Assembly: GCA_024137785.1 (NCBI GenBank)
Contig: JAHRHZ010000271.1
Coordinates: 25,342,554 to 25,406,553, forward strand
Source: Ginglymostoma cirratum
Taxonomy: Eukaryota
Direction: 5' to 3'
Length of the DNA stretch: 64,000 bases
Of the stretch, positions 12,536 through 26,500 are shown one piece after another. Positions within the stretch are counted from its first letter, which is position 1; each line of letters opens with the position of its first letter. Made by a program: the position numbers and the translations under genes. A model generated the notes under the pieces. The model searched no databases. It was not told the DNA's origin and saw only the letters and a program-made list of their open reading frames with translations.

Positions 12536-15059
12536 ATCAATATTGTGAAACGCCCCATTCCCAATGCCTGTTTGGATCTTGGGAAGTGGATCTTGAGCGC
12601 ATCATCAGCAGTACTGTCTTTATGCAGGTCCAACAACTCATTATATTGATGAATTCTCACAGACAGCAAATCGAAAAGTAAAAAACACCGATCCCTTCAC
12701 TTTTAATTTTGCATTTTACGTAGGGAAATAATGGATTGGGATTAAGATCAAAAACAATAACTTTTTAAAAATAATTCGTTTTATGAGTCTGGATTTTTTT
12801 CAAAATCATGTAGAAATTTGACATACCACCAATATAAAATTAGTACTTCAGGGCCAGTGAGGTTGCTTAGCAGATAGTAGGAATCTAGTATACTATTTTT
12901 GTTTAGAGAAATGGCTACACTTGATTCAATGATGTACAATTTTATCAAAGATTTTTCCCATTAAGACTAGTTGTGTAATTTTGGAAGTTTTCATCAGTTT
13001 AATGATTTTGAATTGGCTGCAGTCTAGGAAACTCAACCATGCACCCATGATGAAGCATTGAATCACTGACAGCTTCTGGATTTTCATGTTTAACGGGGTA
13101 TAAGTGTTCTCCAAAACTTGCAGTAACACTCAAGTAGTGATGGCAAGCAGACTCTTTCCTCTGCCACTAGTGCCACAAAATCCATGCTAATGTGCACAGC
13201 CAGTCTGTTACACTGCTTTTAAAAAAAAATTTGGATCATGCTGAGAATGTGTGCCATGGATTTCTCTAATACCTCTGAAACACAGCGATGATTGATGCTT
13301 TCATTTGCTGTGTTCAGAGGTCGAGGATCAAATGGATACGAGAACAAATGAGGTGAAATATCCTTTGTGTGATGAGGACGAGGGTGTTACGAGATTATTT
13401 ACCTCAATGTAATTGATTTCTCTCCCCATCCCTAATACTTGATATTTTGTAAAACTACTGTTTCCTGTCTCTTCACAACTGTTGTTTCATAATATATATT
13501 GTGCTATGAGACCAATCACTTGCTCATGAAGTGAATATTGAAGTTAATTTGACGGAAATATTGGAAATCTACCATCTCCACCTCTGAATTTGATGAGGCA
13601 ATTGACATTTTTCAGCATTTTAGTAGCGTACACAGCAAGCACTTTCATTTCTTGAATTTTCCTGAGTTTCAGGGCCAACCTCTCATAATTGAAGCATCAG
13701 TTTGATAATCACAGATGTATTCTCTTAGTGTAACCCAGCAGCCAATATAAAATACATTATAAATAAAAAGCCCTTTTTGTGCCTTTTCCTTTTTGGGTTT
13801 CAGTTGCTATGGAGTTGTGAGTGAGAAAGCAGATCTTTATTCCACTTATTTATTTTGCTTGTTGATTTTTGAAGCTGCTGAGATATTTGATATGAATGAA
13901 ACATGCAGGATTGTCATGTGAAAAATTATTGGTATTTAGAGGAGAGATCATGTATACAGAAGGTTTTAGCAATAAGTCAAGCCTCCATTCTGAGCAGGTA
14001 TGGGTAGCCATACGTGTTTTCCGAGGATAGATCTGCATCCAGATGATGGACCTTCAAAAAATGAAGACTATAATTAGAGACTAATCTAACATTCATTGAT
14101 TGGAGACTACATTGATGCAATCTTTCTGAATAGCCATGTGAATGATTGGATAATACAGATGCTGTGCTTAAGGCGATGCTGCCTTGTGAAGGAAAGCTGA
14201 GTGGATTCGGGAAAGCTTGTTTACCCCTCCCCACTCTGTAGGAATTGAGAACTGAGTACACATTAACAACCAGGGTAATGTGCTGAATTTGTCAGCATCT
14301 CCTTTGTTGTGTTTTTTAATCTCATGGCCAGTATGTCAATATGCCTATGAGACATAATAAAGATATCATCACTGCATCGTACCGTATAACTTGAGGATAT
14401 AACATTTCACACTGTACCTTATCTCAGATTATTGAAGCATGCTGATTGTAAATTAATGGCATAATATTAGTCTAGACATTTGTGCTTGAGGAATGTAATG
14501 CTTTTGTGTGCGGTAGATCTGATAAATATTTGTTGGATTCTTCAATACCATAATAAACATGCTCAGTTCTTTGCAGGACTTGTCATAAATATTGCCACAT
14601 CTGGTAAAAGACCCATCAGACAAACATGCACTATGGTAGCAGCCGTGGCCACCTATAAAGGACAGTAGAGCATTGGACAAAGGGAGCATTTTTCACTCTT
14701 AAGCAGCATCAGTTTCTACTTCTAGATACTCCTGTATAGATCCATAGGTAAGGCATTGACCATGAGGAAATTTAAAATTTCTTTTTTATTAGGATACAAA
14801 TTATTTCACGACATAAAATTCTACGATTGCCATATTTAAAAATTAAAAGTCTAAAGCACTCTTTTGAGCTGGACCTCAAAGCCAGTGAGTATACAATGCT
14901 GAAGGATAGCATTTTCTGTTTCTTACAGTTGATGCATAGGTAGCAGTCAACCATAACAGCATCCATGAAGCCTTTGTTTTCAAGAAAGAAGCAGTTTTAA
15001 ATGCTGACACCAGGATAAAAAGTTTAAGGTGGTGTATACAATGTTTCTGAGGCAGAATT

Positions 15060-15540
15060 GTGGATAGCAGACTCTTCATTGTGGACCGGTGTCCAGTAGC
15101 ACCTTTTGCTGAATTACAACTGTTCAAACAATGTAAATTGTTCTATTGTACGGACCAACTGGCAGATGATGCTGAGAAAAGAGCCCTAAAGTCTTCCTTG
15201 CTATCGGCAGGGAGGGCCTTTGCAGAGCTAACGTGTTTATATAGACATTCAGGAAGACCCAGATAAGGTCTGGAAGGCCAGGATTAGCAGACTGCAACAC
15301 TTGTCATACAGACAACAACTCCAAAAGTTTATTGGCTAGTTTGTTGAAAGATGTCACAGCAGGGGACATCGCTGTGACTTTTTCAAAGACGAACTGTCAG
15401 AGATGCTAATTGAGTTAGTCATTGTCTCCGTACCAATTAAAGTCTCTCAGAAGGATCCTTTGCTCAAAGAGAAGGCATCAACCACATTAATAGATTACTT
15501 GAGGTTGGATTCAAATATGAAACCATAGTGCAGACCAATG
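15060..15540 (+). mobile_element. Degenerate Ty3/Gypsy gag
   Basis: Frameshifted remnant LFKQCKLFYCTDQ..DAEKRALK...SYRQQLQKFIG*FVERC..RG..CDF..DELSEMLIELVIVSVPI..QKD.LLKEK, a gag-like capsid motif pattern. Confidence 0.6.
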
Positions 15541-16009
15541 ATTACATGTTTTAGGTGCAGCCAACACACTTATCTAAATTTCCCATTGTTTGACAACTTA
15601 GCAACACAACGAACGTGGGACATCATTGACACAATGAGTACTATTTTCATTTTATTCAACCTCCTGTATCAAAGAGTATCTAATGGTGAACTGCAGTTCA
15701 CTGGCAGACTATTTTAAAACCTACTGTGGGAGTGACCCAAATCACAGTCATCCATAATCCATACTTAAACAGTTAAACAGAATGTTTAGAAAGTATCAGC
15801 ATCAAGTGATCAATGGGTGTTGAACAACAAAGCAAGATTTTCACATTGCTTTGCAGTTTCATGCAACACTGATGAAGAGATTACCTTTCCCAGCACAATG
15901 TATGCTTGTAAGGCAAGTGCAAAAGACCTTGTCTAACACTCCATTGCCTACTCATTCTGACAGAGAATCACAAAGGATAGAATAGCAGAGCACTGAGAAA
16001 TATGTTCTA

Positions 16010-17215
16010 TCTTTAAGCAGAGTCAACGTGGGTTCACCAAGGAGAAGTCAAGCCTAACAAACTTACGAGAATAGTTTAAGGAGTTAACAAGCAGGATAGA
16101 CAAAGGGAAAGCAGTGTATTAATATATAATTTAACTTTTGGAAGCTATTTGATAGGGTATCACACATCAGACTACTCAGGGTAAGAACCCATGGTGTTGG
16201 AGGTAGTATATTAGCATGGACAGAGATTGGCTAACTAATGGAAGAAAGTTGGGATGAGGGGGCATGTTTAGGCTGGCAACCTGTAACTAGTGGAGTGCCA
16301 TAAAGATCAGTGTTGTGCCTACAATTCATTATGATACATATTAATGACTTGGATGAGGAAAGTAAATAAACTATAGCCACTTCAGCAGATGAGAAAAAAG
16401 GTGGGAAATTATTGAGGATGACATGAAGAGTCTACAAAGTGAGAGAGACATATAAAGTGGAAAAATATGAGGTTAAACATTTTGGCAGAAAGAATAGAGG
16501 AACTGACTATTATTTAAATGGAGAATGACTGGAGAAAGCCATACAACAATGGGATTTTGGAGTCCTCATCCATGCATCGCAAAACGCATGCATTCAAGTT
16601 CAGCAGACAGTAGGGAAGGCAAATGGAATGTTGGCCTTATTTCAAAATGAATGGCATATAAAGGTAGAAAGCCTTTGCTAAAACTATAGAAGGTACTAGC
16701 TAGAATAGTGTTAACAGTTTTGGTCACCTTACTTAAGGGAAGATAGGCTGGCATTGGAGGCAGTCCAGAGAAGGTTCACTAAGCTGATACTAGATATGGA
16801 GGGACTGCCTTCTGAGAAAAGGTTGAGTAGGTTAGGCCTGTACTCATTAGAATTTTGAAGAATGGGAGGTGACCTTATTAAAACATGCAAAACTGTGAGA
16901 GAGCTTCAGTGTAGGTATGGAGAGGTTGTTTCTCATTATTGGAGAGTCTAGGACGAGAGGGCATAAACTTAGAATAACGGGTTGCACATTTAAGACATGA
17001 GCAGGAGCTTCTTCTGGGGGTTAGTGAATCTGAGGAAATCTTTACCACAGAGGGCTATAGAGGTTGAGTTATTGTATATTCAAGGCTGAGATAGACCAGT
17101 TTTTAATCAGTAGGTAAATTGAGGGTTATGGAGCAAAAGGCAAAAATGTGTAGTTGAGAATTATCATCCAATGTGATCCCATTGAATGGTGGAGCAGACC
17201 CAATGGACTGAATAG
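16010..17215 (+). mobile_element. CR1 LINE RT and 3' end, degenerate
   Basis: QSQRGFTK.KS.LTNL, VTSGVP..SVL, YINDLD, LEAVQRRFTKLI motifs; 3' tail attgaatggtggagcagacccaatggactgaatagcc. Confidence 0.9.
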
Positions 17216-18691
17216 CCAAGTTGTCAAACAAGTACATGAGAGAACAACAAACCTTTCTGCAGACAGGTATATGATCACCGGGATGATTTATCAAATCTTA
17301 ATATTAGCCCAGTGCTTAAGGATGGCAATGTTTGTACATCACCATGAGTTGTGATAGAAGTGTATTGGATTCTTCTATACCATAAAATCCACACCCAGTT
17401 CTTTATTACTGGATGTACATAAGCATTCCCTTATCTAGTAAAAAACTTTGTTGGAAGCAAACTCTCCCAAATCAAACCTATTCCTTTTTCTTGTTCCTTC
17501 AACCCAAGAATGGGAAGCTACCCATCACTGAGGAGTAACCATCCACCTCAAGTTGCAAAATAGTATCTCACTTCCATCCTTGTAAAATGGACTCAATTCT
17601 CAGAAAAGATTCTTCATAGACCAGGGGAAGCAGAGCTGGCAAAACGAGGAAGTGAAGGTCCAATCGTGTCTGAAATGTTGTGTCAGAGGTAAAACGATTT
17701 GCATTGATCATACTTCCCTGGTGGAAATGGGCTCAGAGAATCAGAACTAGCCTTCTCTTTGGACTGATCCATTTAATACTACAACATACAGCACTGGCTT
17801 TCAAAACATTTTTAGATTATCTTCAATGACTATCCAATTACCATCTTACAGTTGTAAATGTGTCTCTATTTGATTGATAACGCTTTCATCACTTGAGAGA
17901 GAAACCCTCAAGGCCTTTGAAAGGCTGGATTTTAAAATATTCCCGTATCAGAAGGTCGCAGTCTCTCCATTTTTCAATTGTATATGATGAAAAAGAAATC
18001 CTTGTACCGTGGGCTGATTCAGATGCAAGTCAGCAGAATTAATTATTCCAGCTGTTGTATGTATTCTATTATAAAACAGTGCAGATGCGTGTAATGCTGT
18101 TGATTGCATCTACAACACAGTTTGCCCTAATGGGCTGTCTAGGATGGGTTGCAGTGTTGAACAATTCTGAATATCTAGATGAAAGCAGTAATCTTGTTGC
18201 AGTTATTGCATTGCAAGAACAGTCATATTTATAAGAGATTTGTACTGAAGTTAGACCAAAAAGAGACCACCTGATTAGTTTTTCACTAAATTTATACTAC
18301 ATGAATAAAGCACTTCCATTTTTAAAATTTTTTTGCAGACTTTGCAAAAATACTGTAACTGGGTGTGTGGCACATAGGTGCCATTATGTTGCTGTGGTAA
18401 TGTGCTATGTAGAAAATAGCTTAAAGTAAGCATCTCTTGTCATAAAGGGTGGTGAAAAAGTTGAAGTGTATGATGTTTTGGATATCCACGAGGCCGTTCT
18501 ATTTAGTATATGTTGCTTAGATTACCTTTTTTTGCTGTGTTGCAGAACTTGTACTTAATTTGGCCTAAGTGACAGTAAATACCTAGGGCTGCAATCTCCT
18601 GGGTATTGGTTCACGTGCACCACACATGCCCCCAAAACACATTCACAGTCTAAACAACTGGCGTTTCTAACATGATGTACAATGCACACAA

Positions 18692-18789
18692 GATAACAAG
18701 GTGTGGGGCTGGATGAACACAGCAGGCCAAGCAGCGTCATAGGAGCAGGAAAGCTTGACGTTTCGGGCCTAGACCTTTCATCAGAAAAT
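18692..18789 (-). mobile_element. Penelope-like terminal fragment carrying a hammerhead motif
   Basis: gataacaaggtgtggggctggatgaacacagcaggcc...gacgtttcgggcctagacctttcatcag; TSD CACACAA at 18685-18691 and 18790-18796. Confidence 0.8.
18757..18784 (-). ncRNA. Minimal type I hammerhead ribozyme motif
   Basis: Minus strand reads CUGAUGA-aaggucuaggccc-GAAA-CGUC. Confidence 0.6.
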
Positions 18790-20379
18790 CACACAAATCT
18801 TCTTTTTCTTTTATGAATGGTATCCCATAATTGCATTTGTACTGAAGCTGATTTTTCAAATTTATGATGTGCATTTTCAGGTGCAATGGGAAGCAAATAC
18901 TTTGCATTTTTGTACCTTCTGCAATTTGGTTTTAGCTTTTCTAGATGTCTTTTATCACTGAGATTCACAATATATTTTCTATTCCATTGGCATACATTTT
19001 ATGCTGTATTTAAAAACCAGAAAACTTTGCCGTTCATAGGTTCCTATATTGGCTGTGCTTAATATTCATGTATGATACTTGCATTAGCTGCAATTTAAAT
19101 TGTCATGCTGAGGAAAAGAATATATTGTGTCCATTTGAAATTTGCTTGAGCACCAAGCATTTACATTGATTTTTCACTCATTTATACATTTTTTTTTTAA
19201 TGTTTGGATATGTTCTATTGACATTTGATCTGTTACCTCAAATGTGCAGTTCTGGTCTAATGACACATTTGGGCCATGGCCACTATTTTAACTCTGACCT
19301 GAGCAGGGAAGCAGCTGTAACTTTCTGCCTAAGTGAGCTCACTCAAAAGAGAACAGGAAGGAAAAAGTGCTACCCCCAAGTCCCACAAGGAAATTTTGAA
19401 GAGTTTTCTGTCTCAGGCTTGCAGTTTACTAGATAAAGTAGTAGCTCTAGGAAAATAAATACAGGCCTCTAATTCTATGTAGGTTTGTTACTTCTGACAA
19501 GAAATGGAAGATGAGGAGGGAATGTATTTTTAAAAACGGTGCTTGAAGCTAGAAGACTTGTTTGATGCTTGGAGAATTTTTCACATTGGACGAATGCTAA
19601 TGACCAAATGGAATTCAACCCCCTTAGTGTGATGGTTCTGACTGAACTGTTAATGGTCAAATTTCTTTTTGTTGAATAAAACAACTATAGACCATAATTG
19701 TATAGTGAAAAGCTTTTAATTGATATGAGATCTGATTTCCTATAATAGGACAGTGCTGTGAATTTCAGCAAGATTTTTTTTTGTTTATTATGGATTCAAA
19801 CTTTTAACTTGCCCCAAAAAAATAGGAATCCAACAGGAACTAATTTAGGATGAAGGTCACGAGAGCGTCTCTGGATTTAAAACAGCAGCATTCTTGTTGT
19901 GCCATTTCATTTATCTTCCACAAGAACCATATTAAGTTCTTCTCATGAAAATCAACTTAGTTTGACTGTGATTTCCTTCCACTGTTATTTTTTGAGTGTC
20001 TCTCCCTTTTGCCTCTTTCTGTAATGAAATCTTGTTTGCAAACTCTGTCCTTGATGATAGTATACATTGTTGACCTTTTTTTCTTAATGATAAGAGTTAT
20101 TACTACCAGCTAAGTGGATGAATAAGTGGTGTCTGTCCTTGTGTTGCTACATAACATTTCTGTCAAAGATGATGCACTTAGCTGGACATACATACAGTTA
20201 GAACTCAATTGAGAGCAGCTGGAAGTCAGGAAGGTTGCTGTTCTGTCAGCAACTGTAATATTCGTTACAATTGCTACATATACTCCAGTACCATTTTAAA
20301 TTTAAAAAGAGAAAGAAAGTCTTACATTTATCTGCATATTTTGTGGCCACAGGATGTCCCCAAGCTTTTTGTCTTTTAT

Positions 20380-20675
20380 CTATTCATGGCTGTGGGTGTC
20401 ACTAGCTTAGCCAGCATTTTATTCCCCATCCCTAATTGTCCATAAGAAAGTTAAGAGTCAATGACATTACTATGAATCTGGAGTTACATGTAGGCCTGAC
20501 CAAGTACGGAGTCGGGATTTTGTGACCGTTAGTTATGTGGTCACCATTAGACAAGTTATTTTAATTCAAGACTTATTATTTAATTCAAATTCAGGAATCA
20601 ATCCCTTGCCCTCAGAACATTAGTGTGGAGTTCTGGATTGTTAGACCACAGTGACATTGTCACTACACCACAGCC
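20380..20675 (-). mobile_element. tRNA-derived shark SINE sharing its tail with the 5030 LINE family
   Basis: ccagcattttattccccatccctaattg...ttaagagtcaa...ctggagttacatgtaggcc...agtgacattgtcactacacca. Confidence 0.65.
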
Positions 20676-23029
20676 AATGTGACATGCACATTATGACATT
20701 AATGGAGTCTTGAATAAATGAAATCCAAAACCCAAGTTCTTCACTAAAATAAAGCCACCAGATTTCATTGTTTGATGTGAAGAATTTTACTAGACAATAA
20801 TCAAACAAAGCAAAACATTAAATACTATTTTAAGTTAACATGCAAATTGCATTGGTTTATATACTTCAATTGAATATTAAGTGGCAGCTACGCGAGAACA
20901 GATCCTGGTTTAGCAGTTCATTCAGTAATCTCTAGTCTCTTGATTCCTCAACCTTTGTTCTCTTTACAAAGAATCTCAGCTTTATTCTTGGGAGCTAACC
21001 TGATGTGCAGCATGCAGCTAAGCCAAGTTGTGAGTATTGTCTTCACGAATGGCACTCATCCACAGAACCTTCTTAGCTCAGCCCAGAAAGCGTAGACCCA
21101 CCAATGTTATCTTGAAGTCATAGAAGTAGCTCCAGCAACTATGTCTTTGCTTGTTCTCAGTTCCTGGATCTACCCACTTGTTTTCACCCTGTCTGTAAGC
21201 TTGGATTGATCAGTGTCCTTTAAATGTTTTTCAACTAAGTTCAACTCCTTCGAAATTTTAGTTTCCAGTCTCAGTTACAATTTTCATTTCCTGGGAGACT
21301 AGGGGAGTCCATTTCCTTTCTTGTTTCTTCTTGTCACTTAGGGTCTGTCTTTAACCAAAATAGAGTATGAAACCACCAATTTCAACACACATGTAATCAC
21401 TGTGGTATCCTGAGGTGTGCTGTTGAATATCCCCAGAATCCATTGGAAATTGCTGAACTGATGAAACATCCTCTTTTACAGCTTGCTGGAAAACCCCAGA
21501 AAACAGTTAAATTCAGTTGGATGTGGTGCAGTTTGTTTTTAAACTGCTAAACAGCCTTACTGGTCCTGAAAGTTTTATAATGTTGGAATGTCTAAGTTTT
21601 CTGTGAAGTTAGCACCTCAGATACTACAGCAGCCATTAGTATTCTGTTAAAGTCTCAGCCTTGATTTTTGACTGGGACTGGCAACCTCAAACCTACGAGA
21701 GTGCTGCCAACTAAGTTGCAGCTAACACCTCATGAAAATGTCTTTACCTGGTGCCTTACAGTTGGGAGAAACATCCAAAGGTGCTTAGCAAATGGATGCT
21801 AGGCTAAAAAAGCAGGTACTAGGAAAGATGGTCAAAAGCTTACTCTAAGAGATGGGTCTTGTAGAGGCTCTTGGAGGAAGAAAGAAAGATGGGAAATTCA
21901 CTGAAGTGTGAGTGCAGAAGGAGGTCATTTGGCCCCTCTTGTCTGCACCCACCCTCCAAATGAACATGAGGACTCAGTGCCATGCTGCTGCTTTTACCAC
22001 CCATACTCTTGCACGTTTAAGACGAAATTCTGAAGGAGGATGCACAAGAAACCAGAGCCATCAGGTCAACAGAATAAAAATGTTTTATCAGAAGTAGATT
22101 TAGTAGCAAAGGAAAGAGTACTGTTTTCTTTTAACTTCTGTTTTGTCTCCCTCCTGTAAACAAATTCAGTTTTGTCATGACAGGGTTCCTCATGCAGTGA
22201 AAAATTTGCACTTTTGAAGATTACAGAAGTAATTGGAAGATCAAGAACTAATGTACATCATCTGAGAGTGATAAGCTATCAGGAATAGGCATAGGATCGA
22301 GTAATAGCAACAGAATTTTGTATAAGCTCAAGTTTACAGTAGGCAGAAGCTGACCAGGAAAGCCTTGGTCTCACTCAGACTTCATAATTCTAAGGCAAGT
22401 ATGAGGGTTTCAGTGGTGGATACTCCAATGTAGAAGAAGCAGGCAATGCTTTATGTATAGAAGGAACAGTCTTCATATGGCATGGTCATGGCATTGAGTA
22501 GGGAGCCGAGTTTGCAAAATGTTTAAGTCAACCTTGCATGAATACTGTAGAGTTTGTGTTGAGGTCTGGAGATAGTGGCTTTACTCTTCCCAGTGTTCAT
22601 CTGGAATAAGCATTGTTAATCCTAGCCTGAAGTAAATGGATCCCCTGTCTGCCACTTTAGATGGATTTTAAGGACACTATGGCATGATTCGAGCAACAGA
22701 AGAGTTTTCATCATGGCCTGACCAATACCAATACCTCTTAAGCAGCGTCATTCCAAACAGATTATCTGAGGAGTCAATTTGAAGTCGGGGGAGCTCAAGA
22801 CAAATGGTGAAGAAGGAGAGCCAGTCATCGTCTTACATGTCAAACTTGACTCCAAGTTTATGGATGTTATGGCTAAAGTACAACAAGTAGATGAGGAAAT
22901 GTTCAGAGATTCTGGGAGACACAAAGTGAAAGTGCAGTGATAAGGAGCGAAGCCAGAAGCAAAGTTGTTTTGGCTGCTGAGAAGTTAGATCAATAAAGTC
23001 ATTTTCAAACACTTTAGATACAGAAATGA

Positions 23030-23550
23030 AGCAGTTCTGGTCTCCACATTTAATGATGTACTTGCATTGGCGATGGTGCAATGAAGATTCAGTAAATTAG
23101 TCCTTCGAGTGTGAGGGCCATTCTGTGATGAGAGATTGTGTAAGTTCGACCTCTGGCTCTCTGAAATTTAGAAGAATGAGGCAAACTCACTGAAAACACA
23201 AATTCTGGAGTGATTTCATAAGATAAATGATTGTAGAGATATTGTATCTGCCAGTCAGGGAACCCAAAATATGGGGGCACAACCTCAGGTTACAGGACCA
23301 ATCATTTAGAACTAAGATGAGGACAGATTACTTTACTCAAATTGTTGTGGTTCTTTTAAATCCATTATCCTAGTAAGCACCGGATTCTCGATTATGTACA
23401 TTTACGGCTTTGTTAGATTTTGGATTTCAGGGAGCGGAGGAATATGGGGAGTGATTGCAAAAATATATTTGAAGCCCTACATCAGCCATGATGGTATTGA
23501 ATGACATTACAGGCTCCACATGGTCCGCTCTTGATGTGATTTCTTGTGTT
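23030..23550 (+). mobile_element. CR1 3' fragment, degenerate
   Basis: cagttctggtctccacattt...tttagaagaatgaggcaaactcactgaaaac...tcagccatgatggtattgaatg. Confidence 0.75.
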
Positions 23551-26500
23551 CTTTTGTGGCAGAAAAAGAAGGGCAGCTTGACAATGGTGCATAAAAGCGC
23601 AAAATCTTAGGGATTTTTGTCAGTTATGGATATCTTTTATTACATTTCCTTCCTTCTACGGCTTTGTGTATTTTACAAATTTATTGCCAACATTAGGAAA
23701 AAGTGCAAAGAACAGAACATCCCTTTCTTACATGACTCAGTTTGACCTTTTGAAAGCCTTCAACTCCATGAGTTGAACAGCTCTTTGGAAGGGAATACAG
23801 CGATACGGATGCCTAGCTAAGTTCACAGGCATCATAAGTTTCCTCGGTGATAATATGTAAATAACAGTAAACTGTAGTTTGCAAGTATTAAAACTGCAAG
23901 TACTTTTGTCATTCTTCAGGTCGTTAATCTTCATCAACTGGATGGAAAATTATTACTTGGATAAAAGCCATAAAAATAAAATACTTCTCTGATATGAAAT
24001 TTACAAAGCAGCTGAAAATGAGGTGGAATTGGGAAGATATTGCAGGTTTCTACAGAGGTAGCAAACTGTTGGAGAAAGACGAGAGTAGGCAAGTAGGGGT
24101 GAACTCAGCCGGGAATTGCACTACATGAAAAGAAAGTGAGGTATCGGTTGTGAGTGGAAACTTACTGAGGATTCTCGAGGTATACAATTTTTTTTAAAGT
24201 TAAAGAACATGTTAATCTGCCATGGCTCATCAACATGTAACTTTTAACTGAAAAGAATATACGCTCTTTCACTTGACAAATATTGTATTTTCAGAAGTGA
24301 AAGTTGTCAATGGTAGAAAATGGAGCACTTTCACACTTTCTGCAATAGTGCTTATATGAAATATCCTTTAATTCCATGTGTGACAAGACATTTGTGCCAA
24401 GTAAATCTCAACTCTAATAGTATGCAACATAATTCAACCTAATTCAACGCAAGATTCCATTTCCATTTTTGAAGTGTTACCTTGTTTATAATCTGTCTGA
24501 ATGTGACTGCCAAAATATTGATGATTTGGATTGATTTTATACTGGCGGTTTGTATCCATTAGAAACTGAATCAAAACTGTTCAAATTCACCTTCGGGGAA
24601 ACATGCAAAAAATTTGCATTTTCATCAGTCAAATCCAGTTTAAACCCAGCTTACAGTGGTGAAAAGTGCTAAAAGTCATATAATCAATTATTCCTTTAAC
24701 AAGTCAACCACTGCAGCCTGAAAAATAAGTAAATAACAAAGCTAGACATCTGTCTCTCCCTTGAAAGGGGAAAGAAATAGGTCACATGATGACTAATTTT
24801 GAGAAAGGACATTTGACTTGATTTTGATCCCCATATTCTCAAATTTCTAGATCATTACTGCTTTTTAAGATATTCTAGGCTTATTCCTCCTGCTGTTTCT
24901 CCTCTATGGAAATCTATTCAGTAGCTGAATCACTGTATATTTTTGTCCTATTATGTTTTGGAAGCACATTGGGGCTAGTTTATATGTTGAAGACACTATA
25001 TAAATAAAGATCCTTGAATTTCCTTTAGTATAATACTCTAAGTATACTTTTTATCATTCTCCTGTGTTTAGAAACTTTGTGCACATTGTAATTTCAAGTT
25101 TTGATGACTTCAGTATTTTACACAATTGGCCATTTCTTTAGCTGTTTTGAATGTCTTAATTGTTTGCGAGTTAATTCTAGATTGAATGTTGAGTGAGGCC
25201 GATTTTACTATGAGAGGGAAGAAAGACCTTTTATTTTGGCAGAATTTAATGACTCCTCGTTGGATCCAATTTTCCCCACAGGCAATCTCGGAAAATCTAA
25301 TTTTGTCTGCTGGAATGCACTTTTCTCAGGAAAATGCAGCTTTGTGAGTAAATAATATTAATAATGGCATTTATTTCATCTCAGTAACTAAATAGCCACT
25401 TAATCAATATAACTGAAGAACCATTCACTTTATTCAACTGAAAAGATGCAGTGACAGAGTATAATATCTGTACCAAAATATGGTAAATTATGAAAAGGTT
25501 TGAATTTTGCCATCAATGAAAATTGTTTTAATAAAGTTTTGGTTAATTAACATTGGTGTCTTAGTGTCTCTATATTCTTTTATTCAGTGTAAGAGCGAAC
25601 CACAACTTTTCCAAATGAGCCTTCGGCTAACTTGCACTCTTATTTGTTCTGGTATCTTTGTTCAGGTAAATGTTATTTTCTGAATTTAAAAAAAAGTGGG
25701 AAGCGCTGCATTTTGACTTGACTTTTTAGTACTAATATACTGAGAGAGATGTTACTTAAATCAACTGTAACTTTCTTCTAAGACTTTCATTGTTCTATAA
25801 CCAGTAGTGTTTTGAAGACACTTAAGGTCGTGTGCTGATCTTCTGAGTCTTTTATATCCTGTTTTATAAATGTGACGTTACTTTGTGTTGAAATATTTGT
25901 ACTTCCTGGCTTTTATTAAATGGGTTTTAGGGATTACTCTAGGTACTTGCAGTGGGCATTGGCTCAGTGATGTGTCCTGTTTGTCAAGTGGACAACAGCA
26001 GCATATTTTACTTCCCTTTTCATTTGAATAAAAGCATAGATAATCCTTTTATCCCGAACATCACGTTCTTCTGGTAATATTATTTAACCCTCTACGTATT
26101 TTTGACCATTCCATAACACATTTCTGTAATCCCTTTGTAGTTTCATAGAAGAGAGTACTTTCTTAGGTTATCTCTACAAAGTCAGTGTATATCATCTGTT
26201 TTGTGGACACCTTGAAAATGTATTCTACATTTAAGGCTTGAGCTTGTGCAATGAACTTAGTCCTAACTCTAGATCAGATTTCTTTCACCCTGTTTGCACC
26301 TGAAGTTTCTTATGAGAAGTTAAGTCCAAAACACTATACTGATGTCTTCCTTAATTTAGCTTCCCTACTTACATGAAGCCATTGGAAGGTTTATAATGAT
26401 CACACCTTTTACAGATTGAGAAAAATTGCTGGTTGCAATGGATTAGGATTCAGCCTCAGGATTTCTGCATTCCCAGTTTAGTATCTTGCACTATGACTAT

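Noticed and set aside
17990-18330. Possible further palindrome centred near 18155 (also near 9795, 13497, 33733, 36985)
   Set aside because: Anchors are too few or ambiguous by eye to list with the better-supported units.
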